Source: an uncultured Verrucomicrobiota bacterium
GTDB lineage: Bacteria; Verrucomicrobiota; Kiritimatiellia; Kiritimatiellales; Tichowtungiaceae
Assembly: GCA_964455665.1 (NCBI GenBank)
Contig: CAYVYL010000002.1
Span: 2,140 to 66,139 of the forward strand
Direction of reading: 5' to 3'
Length of the DNA: 64,000 nt
Shown: one piece after another, positions 40,598 to 47,708 of the stretch
Numbering within the stretch: the stretch's first letter is position 1
Layout of the letters: every line of letters begins with the position of its first letter
Program-made: the position numbers and the translations under genes
The notes under the pieces: generated by a model
Seen by the model: the letters and a program-made list of their open reading frames with translations, nothing else
What the model was told of the DNA's origin: nothing
Databases searched by the model: none

Positions 40598-41491
40598 ATG
40601 AATGATCCCAAAACCTATCTTGAACATCAGGCCCGGGCGGCGAACGCCGAACTGGAAAAAATTCTACCGGCGGAAACGGTCCGTCCGGCACGGCTCCATC
40701 AGGCCATGCGTTACAGCGTTTTTGCCGGCGGCAAACGGCTGCGCCCCGCGCTGTGCATTGCCGCGTGCGAGGCGTGCGGCGGAACCGCCGACCAAGCGCT
40801 GCGCGCCGCAGGCGCGCTGGAGCTTCTCCATACCTACACCCTGATCCACGACGATCTGCCCGCGATGGACGACGACACTCTCCGGCGCGGACGCCCCACC
40901 TGCCACATTCAGTTCGACGAAGCCACCGCCGTCCTTGCCGGCGACGCGCTGCTCACTCTCGCCTTCGAGGTGCTGGCAGAAGTTCCCCTTCGACCCGGCT
41001 CAGGGCAGGCAAGCATTGGAAGTGCCCTAGCCTTGGAGCTCGCCAAAGCGGCGGGAAGTCAGGGCGTCATCGGCGGACAGGCCGAAGATCTCGCCGCGGA
41101 AGGTCAGCCGGCGAATGCCGACTTGCTGAACTACATCCACCGCCATAAAACCGCCGCGCTCATCCGCGCGGCCTGCGTAATGGGCGGCCTGTGCGCCGGT
41201 GCCAATTTCCAAGGGTTGGAAAAACTGGCGGTCTATGGCGAAAATACCGGCCTCGCCTTTCAGCTGATCGATGACCTGCTTGACGAAACCTCCACCGAAG
41301 AGGCGCTGGGCAAGAATATCGGCTCGGATAAGGAAAAAGGGAAGATGACCTGGCCAGCAGTCCACGGATCGGAGGCAACCCACCGACGGATTGAGGAACT
41401 AACTGCTACGGCCTGCGAAGCGGCGGACAGCCTGCCGAATGGAGAAACCCTTATTTCTCTAGCTCAACTCATGGCCTCACGCCGGTCCTGA
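40598..41491 (+). CDS. ispA: Farnesyl/geranylgeranyl diphosphate synthase
   Basis: First Asp-rich motif LIHDDLPAMDDD and second motif FQLIDDLLD. Confidence 0.93.
   Translation: MNDPKTYLEHQARAANAELEKILPAETVRPARLHQAMRYSVFAGGKRLRPALCIAACEACGGTADQALRAAGALELLHTYTLIHDDLPAMDDDTLRRGRPTCHIQFDEATAVLAGDALLTLAFEVLAEVPLRPGSGQASIGSALALELAKAAGSQGVIGGQAEDLAAEGQPANADLLNYIHRHKTAALIRAACVMGGLCAGANFQGLEKLAVYGENTGLAFQLIDDLLDETSTEEALGKNIGSDKEKGKMTWPAVHGSEATHRRIEELTATACEAADSLPNGETLISLAQLMASRRS
41207..41221. repeat. TTCCAAGGGTTGGAA palindrome inside the ispA coding sequence
   Basis: 15-nt exact match to the intergenic copy at 22266-22280. Encodes FQGLE in frame. Confidence 0.7.
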
Positions 41492-41507
41492 TCTTTGTCC
41501 ACGCGGA

Positions 41508-41876
41508 TCAATAGAACCGCGGATCATTGTGGATCAGGTGGAAAATGAATCCAATAGCCCCAAGTGAAACAGCGATAAACAGCGTCAGAATACCGAACAG
41601 AAACGGCTGGGCCCTGTAGCAGTCTGCCAGCTGTGAATTCTCAAGATAAACCACCGACACCTGAGTAGCGTATTCCGCTTTCTCCCGAATATCATTAAAA
41701 GATACCGGTCTGAGTACAGACGCGATGCTAATTTTATCAAAATTGATAATTTTAGAAGCTTTCAAACCCGAAAGATCTGAGAAATTGAGGCCTTTGGCCT
41801 GCGCAAGTGGCATAACTGAGAAGAAGCTGACAGCCAATGTAACTATGTATAGTTTTGTTTTCATAACGCACCTCAT
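41508..41876 (-). CDS. Hypothetical secreted/membrane-anchored protein, AT-rich orphan
   Basis: 122 aa with N-terminal signal MKTKLYIVTLAVSFFSVMPLAQA and a C-terminal TM helix. 21/60 G+C at 41701-41760. Confidence 0.55.
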   Translation of the reverse strand: MRCVMKTKLYIVTLAVSFFSVMPLAQAKGLNFSDLSGLKASKIINFDKISIASVLRPVSFNDIREKAEYATQVSVVYLENSQLADCYRAQPFLFGILTLFIAVSLGAIGFIFHLIHNDPRFY

Positions 41877-41938
41877 TTATTTATCAATAATAAGAAGCAG
41901 TTATTGTTCCAATCTCTGGAACCAGAAAAACCCAAACT

Positions 41939-42316
41939 TTAAAGCCGGGGATTCGAGGATGATTCCTCCGAAGCGGCTGGCTTAAAATCGCCGCAACTGT
42001 CCGTGGCCTGAACCTCCTTTTTATGGTGCGAGCAGAACTGCATAAACGGATTCATCACATAATCCGCGCAATAGCGGCAGAGCCGGCGGTTTTCGCCCTC
42101 TTCAAACACCTCAACCTTGGGGGAACGGTCCGCATCGGTGAAAATCTGCGGGGCGATCTCCTTTTCTTTAAAGGGAACCTCTTCTTCCGAAGCAAAAACA
42201 GCGCCGCAGGCCGAACAGCTCAGCGTTTCACCGGTTTTGGTGAATCCGTCATACACCGGCTCACGGCTCAAAAAAGCTTCCGCCCCGCACTCGCTACAAA
42301 CAATTTCAACCGGCAT
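41939..42316 (-). CDS. Hypothetical double zinc-ribbon protein
   Basis: 125 aa with CSEC...CSAC and CRYC...CSHH cysteine pairs. Confidence 0.55.
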   Translation of the reverse strand: MPVEIVCSECGAEAFLSREPVYDGFTKTGETLSCSACGAVFASEEEVPFKEKEIAPQIFTDADRSPKVEVFEEGENRRLCRYCADYVMNPFMQFCSHHKKEVQATDSCGDFKPAASEESSSNPRL

Positions 42317-42536
42317 CGCTATTGATCCTCACCATTTTCTAATCCTCACAGGTCCCCTCGATCTGCCGGGGAGAGGAAACCGTAAAAACAGTCCCCTACT
42401 TTTCGTTCGAAACAAACGGAAGCTGCGAAAGCATCTGATGCTTCCGTTCCACCTCTTCTTCCGAAGCCCTCTGCGCCGATGCAAATTCTGTGTCCTTCAT
42501 CGTCCGTTTCTCCTACCCGCTTAAATTACCAGTAAG

Positions 42537-42790
42537 TTCCAACCATTGGAAACGTTCGTGTCCGCTTTTTCCAAAGGTTGGAGCCGCTCGACACGTTGGA
42601 AAAATCTGCGCGCGTCTATGCAATAGACTTCCAAGGTTTGGAACTTTTAGCGTATGGTTTCCGAACGTTAGAAATTAATGTTGCCCTTGCGTCGCGAAGC
42701 GCTATGCCGCAACGCAGTTCGACGAGCCCGATCCTTCGGGCTGCTTACAAGGGTTGGAAATATTTTATGGAAAAGTTCCAAATAGTGGAA
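42537..42790. repeat. Array of 6-7 TTCCAA-N3/4-TTGGAA-type palindromes, including one composite unit (42596-42643)
   Basis: Copies read at 42537, 42569, half-site 42595, 42629, 42659 (degenerate), 42745 and 42776. Several neighbours are 30-32 nt apart. Confidence 0.8.
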
Positions 42791-43747
42791 AATCAGGAAT
42801 GGATCGCACGGCTAAGCGCGGCGCGCAGCGGGCTGTCCGAGTTGCTCTACGCCATGTACTCGAGCCTCACCGACGGCATCACTACCGATCCCGCGATGAT
42901 GAGCGTTCCGGTGGACGATCATCTGACCCACCGCGGCGACGGGGTGTTCGAGTCGCTCAAGTGCGTGGGCGGAAGCCTTTATAATATACGAGCGCACCTC
43001 GAACGGCTGGCGCGTTCCTGCGCCGGAATTGGAATGGAACTGCCCTGCCCGCAGGATGAACTTGAACAGATTATTTGCGCCACGATCCGCGCGGGCGGAC
43101 AGCGCGACTGTCTGGTGCGTGTGCTAGTTTCGCGCGGCACCGGCAATATGGGCATCGACCCCGCGCAATGTGACGGACCGGTGTTATATGTGATTATCTA
43201 CCGCTACAGCGCGCGGATACAGGATGGAAAGCTGACGCCAGCGCGGGTCGCGCTGAGCACGGTACCGATCAAGCCGCCGGAGATGGCAACGATCAAGACC
43301 TGCAACTACCTACCAAATGTGCTGATGAAGCAGGAGGCCAACCGGCGCGGACTCGATTTTGTAATCACCGTCGACGAAAACGGAAACCTCGGCGAAGGCG
43401 CCACCGAAAATATCGGCATTTTGACGCAGAACGACGAACTGCTGATGCCGACCCCGGAGCATGTACTGGCCGGCACGACCGCGCTGCGGGCGCTGGCGCT
43501 AGCGCAGACGCTAGTGGCGGACGGAACGCTGAAGGCCGCGGAATACCGGGATATTCCGCTGAAGCAGGCGGCGACCGCTAAAGAAATTTTTATTTTCGGC
43601 ACCACCACGGATGTCACACCTGTGATTGAATGGGAGGGCGCACCGGTCGGCAACGGCACGCCCGGTCCGGTCGCTGAAAAGCTTTTTGAACTGCTTAAAA
43701 GCGATATGACACCGGCGAGTGAAACCTTAACGAAGGTATTCAAATGA
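42767..43747 (+). CDS. Class IV (fold-type IV) aminotransferase: BCAT/DAAT/aminodeoxychorismate-lyase family
   Basis: THRGDGVFES and IKTCNYLPNVLMKQEA (catalytic Lys context). ATG at 42767; the upstream ORF extension covers the repeat array and was rejected. Confidence 0.8.
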   Translation: MEKFQIVENQEWIARLSAARSGLSELLYAMYSSLTDGITTDPAMMSVPVDDHLTHRGDGVFESLKCVGGSLYNIRAHLERLARSCAGIGMELPCPQDELEQIICATIRAGGQRDCLVRVLVSRGTGNMGIDPAQCDGPVLYVIIYRYSARIQDGKLTPARVALSTVPIKPPEMATIKTCNYLPNVLMKQEANRRGLDFVITVDENGNLGEGATENIGILTQNDELLMPTPEHVLAGTTALRALALAQTLVADGTLKAAEYRDIPLKQAATAKEIFIFGTTTDVTPVIEWEGAPVGNGTPGPVAEKLFELLKSDMTPASETLTKVFK

Positions 43748-44511
43748 AGAAGATACTGATTCCCGCTCTGGCCCTGCTGTTAATGATCACCGGCTGCGCA
43801 ACCGCGCCAAAAGACACGCTGATGCAGGTTTCGACCATCGATGCGCTGCTGGCCGGCGCCTATGACGGGCAGATGACGCTCGCCGAGCTGAAAACCCACG
43901 GGGATCTCGGGCTCGGAACATTCGATGCGCTGGCGGGCGAGATGATTGTGATCGACGGCACCGTCTATCAGGCTCGCGTCGACGGCGCGATTTATGAAAT
44001 GCCGGACGACGCCACCACGCCGTTCGCCGCCGTGGTGAATTTTGATGCGGACAAGGCGGCTCGGCTGAGCGGGCCGATCAGTGACGAAGCCTTGCAGGCT
44101 CAAATCGATAAGCTGGCTCCCAATAAAAATCTATTCCTCGCCGTCCGGGCCGACGGAACCTTTCCGACGATGAAGGTGCGCTCCGTGCCGAAGCAGAAAA
44201 AACCCTACCCGCCGCTGGCCGAGGTGGTAAAACATCAGACGGTGTTTGAATACACCAACGTCACCGGAACCGTGCTTGGCTTCCGCTGCCCCGCTTTCGT
44301 GAAGGGCATCAACGTGCCGGATTACCACCTTCACTTTATTTCCAAAGATCGGAAAATCGGCGGGCACGTTCTCGACCTGACCCTGAAGGATGCCACCCTG
44401 CAGCTCGACGCCTGCAATGAGTTTCTTCTGGTGCTGACCGATCAGGAGGATTTCAGTAACCTCGACTTATCGCAAGACCGCTCACACGAACTTGAAAAGG
44501 TGGAAAAATGA
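43744..44511 (+). CDS. budA: Alpha-acetolactate decarboxylase with lipoprotein-type signal peptide
   Basis: QVSTIDALLAGAYDGQMTLAELKTHGDLGLGTFDALAGEMIVIDGTVYQ is the ALDC N-terminal signature. LLMITGCA is a lipobox. ATGA overlap with the upstream gene. Confidence 0.88.
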   Translation: MKKILIPALALLLMITGCATAPKDTLMQVSTIDALLAGAYDGQMTLAELKTHGDLGLGTFDALAGEMIVIDGTVYQARVDGAIYEMPDDATTPFAAVVNFDADKAARLSGPISDEALQAQIDKLAPNKNLFLAVRADGTFPTMKVRSVPKQKKPYPPLAEVVKHQTVFEYTNVTGTVLGFRCPAFVKGINVPDYHLHFISKDRKIGGHVLDLTLKDATLQLDACNEFLLVLTDQEDFSNLDLSQDRSHELEKVEK

Positions 44512-44912
44512 TGATCCCCGACCTGCAATCCAGTCTAATTTGCGATGATGTGCGCCAGGAGCGAAACGGCAAGTTTATGCTGATCGGCCTGTTCGACGCC
44601 ATCCACGCCGAAAAGCTGCCAATGACGTTTGCGAAAATCTGTCTGGTCACCCGCTGGTGCAGCGGCGAGGGCACATTCACCCAGCGCTCGCGGATTATTC
44701 ATCCCGACCAGCAGACCCTTCTGGCCGAGGGTCAGAATGTTCAGGTGAAGCTCCCCTCACCCGAGGCGGCGGCCACCAGCGTGGAGGTGTTCATTAATGT
44801 GGCGTTTCCGTCCGCAGGCACCTACTGGGTGGAAATCCTGCTCGAAGGCGACTTAAAGATTCGCTATCCCCTGCGAGTAAACAAACTGGAACACCGTCGC
44901 CCGGAAGGATAA
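44508..44912 (+). CDS. Hypothetical protein, translationally coupled to the decarboxylase gene
   Basis: 134-aa ORF with ATGA overlap. No motif recognised. Confidence 0.55.
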   Translation: MMIPDLQSSLICDDVRQERNGKFMLIGLFDAIHAEKLPMTFAKICLVTRWCSGEGTFTQRSRIIHPDQQTLLAEGQNVQVKLPSPEAAATSVEVFINVAFPSAGTYWVEILLEGDLKIRYPLRVNKLEHRRPEG

Positions 44913-45070
44913 AAAACGTCCGTTCATTCGATGCCCCGGCAAATTCACCTCCCTCAGCCGCCCGCAGCGGCCCGAAAGTCACAGCCCCGGCCGAAGGGGC
45001 CGATTCTAGCGACAGCGGAACCGCCGAAACGGGGGAAGAATCTGAGGGTGCAAAAGATGCTCTATAAGGG

Positions 45071-45100
45071 TTGACACCCCCCCGCCTTCTACCCTACTTT
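45071..45100 (+). promoter_or_regulatory. Sigma70-like promoter candidate for rplU-rpmA
   Basis: TTGACA (45071-45076), an 18-nt spacer, then TACTTT (45095-45100), about 33 nt before the rplU ATG. Confidence 0.45.
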
Positions 45101-45132
45101 GTCCCGTCTTTGATCAAACGAGGAATTTTCTT

Positions 45133-45450
45133 ATGGAAGCGTATGCAGTAATTGAAACAGGCGGAAAACAGTACCGCGTGGAAAAAGATACCATTCTCAG
45201 CGTCGAATTGCTCGGCGTCGAAGAAGGGCAAACCGTTGAGTTCGACCAAGTTCTGGCAACCTCCGATGGGTCTGAACTGACCATTGGAACCCCGGTCATC
45301 GAAAGCGCTAAAGTCACTGCGACTGTGGTTGAAAACTATCGCGGCGAAAAAATCGTCGCCTTTAAAAAGAAACGGCGCAAAGGCTACCGCAAAAAAATCG
45401 GCCACCGCCAGGAACTCACCAAGCTGAAAATCGAATCGATCAGCGCGTAA
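45133..45450 (+). CDS. rplU: 50S ribosomal protein L21
   Basis: MEAYAVIETGGKQYRVEKD is the L21 N-terminus. Confidence 0.96.
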   Translation: MEAYAVIETGGKQYRVEKDTILSVELLGVEEGQTVEFDQVLATSDGSELTIGTPVIESAKVTATVVENYRGEKIVAFKKKRRKGYRKKIGHRQELTKLKIESISA

Positions 45451-45468
45451 TTTTTAAGGAGCAGAGCA

Positions 45469-45723
45469 ATGGCACATAAAAAGGGACAAGGATCATCACG
45501 CAACGGACGCGACAGTAATTCTCAGCGTCGGGGTGTAAAACGCTTCGGTGGACAGGTCGTCACCGCTGGTAGCATTATCGTTCGCCAGGTTGGCAACAAA
45601 TTCGTCGCCGGCGAAAACTGCGGACAAGGCAAGGACTTCACCCTCTTCGCGCTGAAAGACGGAACCGTGGAATTCGACAAGCAAGGCCGCCGCGTCAACA
45701 TTCGTGAAATGCAGACAGCTTAA
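45469..45723 (+). CDS. rpmA: 50S ribosomal protein L27
   Basis: [28 protein letters not shown] is the L27 N-terminus. Confidence 0.97.
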   Translation: MAHKKGQGSSRNGRDSNSQRRGVKRFGGQVVTAGSIIVRQVGNKFVAGENCGQGKDFTLFALKDGTVEFDKQGRRVNIREMQTA

Positions 45724-45753
45724 TTTTTTCCAAACCCTGGGAAAATAGAACAT

Positions 45754-45787
45754 CAGGCGGGCTTTTGAAGCTCGCCTGTTTTTTTAT
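45754..45787 (+). terminator. Rho-independent terminator after rpmA
   Basis: Stem CAGGCGGGC/GCTCGCCTG followed by TTTTTTTA. A TTCCAAACCCTGGGAA palindrome lies just before it (45728-45743). Confidence 0.75.
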
Positions 45788-45800
45788 AAGGACACCGCAC

Positions 45801-46826
45801 GTGAAACCGATCGTATTCAAAGACCGCGTCAAAATCTACGCTCGCGCCGGCAACGGCGGGAACGGCGTAGTGGCATTCTTTCGCGATAAAACAAATCCGC
45901 ACGGCGGCCCGGACGGCGGCGACGGCGGGCACGGCGGTAGCGTCATCCTACGCGGCGACCCCAACGCCGACTCCCTCACCTCCCTGCACTACGAGCCCCA
46001 CCAGAAAGCCGAACACGGTGCCAACGGTGCTGGCAACAACAAGCACGGCCGCCGGGGAAAAAACAAGATCATCCCCGTCCCGCTTGGAACGGTCATCAAA
46101 GACTCGGAAACCGAAGAATTTATCGGCGAGATCCTCGAAAAGGACCAGGAGATGGTTATTGCCAAAGGCGGCTTCGGTGGACTAGGCAATCAACGCTATA
46201 AATCGTCGACCAATCAGACGCCGGAACAGTGTAAAGAAGGCAGCAAGGGCGACGACAACGCCTATCGACTAGAACTCAAGCTGGTGGCCGATGTGGGTCT
46301 GGTCGGCTACCCTAGCGCCGGCAAATCTACCCTGCTCACCGTGCTGACCGATGCCACCCCCAAAGTGGCCGCCTACCCCTTCACCACACTCAATCCGATT
46401 CTCGGAACGCTTCAGTTTGAAAATTTCAGCCGCATCCGCATCGCCGACATCCCCGGCCTCATTGACGGCGCCGCCGAAGGCATCGGACTCGGTCACTACT
46501 TCCTGCGTCACATCGAACGCTCCAGCTTTCTCATCTTCGTCATCGACATGGCCGGCGAAGACGGACGTGACCCCACCGAGGACTACCGCAGCCTGCGCAA
46601 AGAGCTCGAAGCCTACAACCCGGAGCTGGTCGACCGCCCCTCCCTCGTGCTCGCCAATAAAATGGACGAAAAGGTCGCAACAGAAAATCTGGCTGAATTT
46701 AAAAAAGAAACCGGTCTGGATCCCCTGCCCATCTCGGCAGGACTCGGCGAAGGCTGCGAAAAAATAAAAGAAATCCTTTACGACCACTTCTTTGGGAAGC
46801 CGTCAGAGACTGGAATGATGGAATAA
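45801..46826 (+). CDS. obg: GTPase Obg/CgtA
   Basis: FKDRVKIYARAGNGGNG...GGPDGGDGG (Obg fold), G1 GYPSAGKST, G3 DIPGLI and G4 NKMD. The GTG at 45801 was chosen because the ATG at 45765 lies inside the rpmA terminator hairpin. Confidence 0.9.
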   Translation: MKPIVFKDRVKIYARAGNGGNGVVAFFRDKTNPHGGPDGGDGGHGGSVILRGDPNADSLTSLHYEPHQKAEHGANGAGNNKHGRRGKNKIIPVPLGTVIKDSETEEFIGEILEKDQEMVIAKGGFGGLGNQRYKSSTNQTPEQCKEGSKGDDNAYRLELKLVADVGLVGYPSAGKSTLLTVLTDATPKVAAYPFTTLNPILGTLQFENFSRIRIADIPGLIDGAAEGIGLGHYFLRHIERSSFLIFVIDMAGEDGRDPTEDYRSLRKELEAYNPELVDRPSLVLANKMDEKVATENLAEFKKETGLDPLPISAGLGEGCEKIKEILYDHFFGKPSETGMME

Positions 46827-46890
46827 TGGATGGATGGTTTTGAGGAACCACCCTGAATGCGAAAAAGCGATTCTGTTGAAAAACGTTCTT

Positions 46891-46923
46891 CCCAATAATC
46901 CAACAATCCGATATTCCATTACC
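46891..46923. repeat. ATCC/ATTCC-rich short repeat block upstream of tRNA-Val
   Basis: CCCAATAATCCAACAATCCGATATTCCATTACC shares AATCCAAC and CCGAT.TTCCATT.ACC with 38144-38198. Confidence 0.6.
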
Positions 46924-46950
46924 CCTCCCGCATCCAAAGGATGCCTTTCG

Positions 46951-47027
46951 GGGCGTTTAGCTCAGTTGGTTAGAGCGCTACCTTCACACGGTAGAAGTCA
47001 CAGGTTCGAATCCTGTAACGCCCACCA
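46951..47027 (+). tRNA. trnV: tRNA-Val (anticodon CAC)
   Basis: Acceptor GGGCGTT/AACGCCC, D-arm TAGCTCAGTTGGTTAGAGC, anticodon stem CTACC/GGTAG with loop TTCACAC, T-loop GGTTCGAATCC and an encoded CCA. Confidence 0.92.
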
Positions 47028-47069
47028 CCTTTCGCAAAGAGAAAGGTGCCGACGCGAAAGCGGCCAAAC

Positions 47070-47110
47070 AAAAAAAACCGCCCAGCCTTTCGGTCGAGCG
47101 GTTTTTTATT
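47070..47110. terminator. Bidirectional terminator between tRNA-Val and the H1-like gene
   Basis: A7 tract, an imperfect 11-bp stem (ACCGCCCAGCC/GGTCGAGCGGT, 9 pairs), then a T6 tract. Usable from both strands. Confidence 0.6.
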
Positions 47111-47128
47111 TTCCAACAGTTCAATCAA

Positions 47129-47527
47129 TTACTTGATGCTGAACTTGCTGGAAACGCTGGCTTCAGCTTCCATCCAATAGTCGGTGGAACCTTTTTTATT
47201 GCCATCATTCTGAGCGGCGAAATAAGCGGCCTCAGTCACCATCGAGTAGAACTGCTCTTTGGTTACAACTTTTTTGGCTACTTTCTTGGCGACTTTCTTT
47301 TTCGCTACGACTTTTTTAGCCGGCGCTTTTTTCGCGACGGCTTTCTTCGCCGGGGCTTTTTTTGCAACCGCTTTTTTAGCAACCGCTTTCTTCACGACTT
47401 TTTTAGCCGGCTTGCCCGCCGTAGCCTTGGCAGAGGCGGGTGCCTTCTTCGCGGCTTTTTTTGCTACTACTTTTTTAGCCGGTGCTTTTTTCGCGACGGC
47501 CTTCTTTGCTGTTTTCTTTGCTGCCAT
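47129..47527 (-). CDS. Lysine/alanine-rich histone H1-like protein with a DUF2934-like C-terminal domain
   Basis: MAAKKTAKKAVAKKAPAKK... repeats, then EQFYSMVTEAAYFAAQNDGNKKGSTDYWMEAEA. ATG at 47527 with GGGAGA upstream. Two 47-nt internal repeats (47304-47350 and 47463-47509) differ at 4 positions. Confidence 0.8.
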   Translation of the reverse strand: MAAKKTAKKAVAKKAPAKKVVAKKAAKKAPASAKATAGKPAKKVVKKAVAKKAVAKKAPAKKAVAKKAPAKKVVAKKKVAKKVAKKVVTKEQFYSMVTEAAYFAAQNDGNKKGSTDYWMEAEASVSSKFSIK

Positions 47528-47708
47528 TGGTTTCTCCCATTTATTTTTCAAATCCTGCGCGGGTCTCCCGCTGTGTTTCGAGGCAAATGTAATTCGACGC
47601 GTTTTAAAAGCAAACCTAATGTACCGTTTATTTATCCTCCCGAAATGCGCTTTAACTGCCCTGCGAAATATGGTTCCATCCCGCCTACTTTTGAACGAAA
47701 GAAAACTA

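Noticed and set aside
42537-42790. Possible CRISPR array, suggested by the regularly spaced repeats
   Set aside because: The repeats are only 15-16 nt and palindromic, with degenerate copies and irregular spacing (17-86 nt). The same motif is dispersed singly across the window, and no cas genes are present.
45765-45800. ATG at 45765 as the obg start
   Set aside because: These codons lie inside the rpmA terminator hairpin and T tract and encode MKLACFFIRTPH. Obg homology starts at the GTG at 45801.
46834-47136. 100-aa plus-strand ORF
   Set aside because: It overlaps the tRNA-Val gene, the ATTCC-rich repeat and the terminator. There is no coding signal.
47259-47708. N-terminal 150 codons of the 727-aa ORF containing argS
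   Set aside because: This part is the antisense of the Lys/Ala repeat gene and translates as FLATFFFATTFLAGAFF. ArgRS homology begins at the ATG at 47709.
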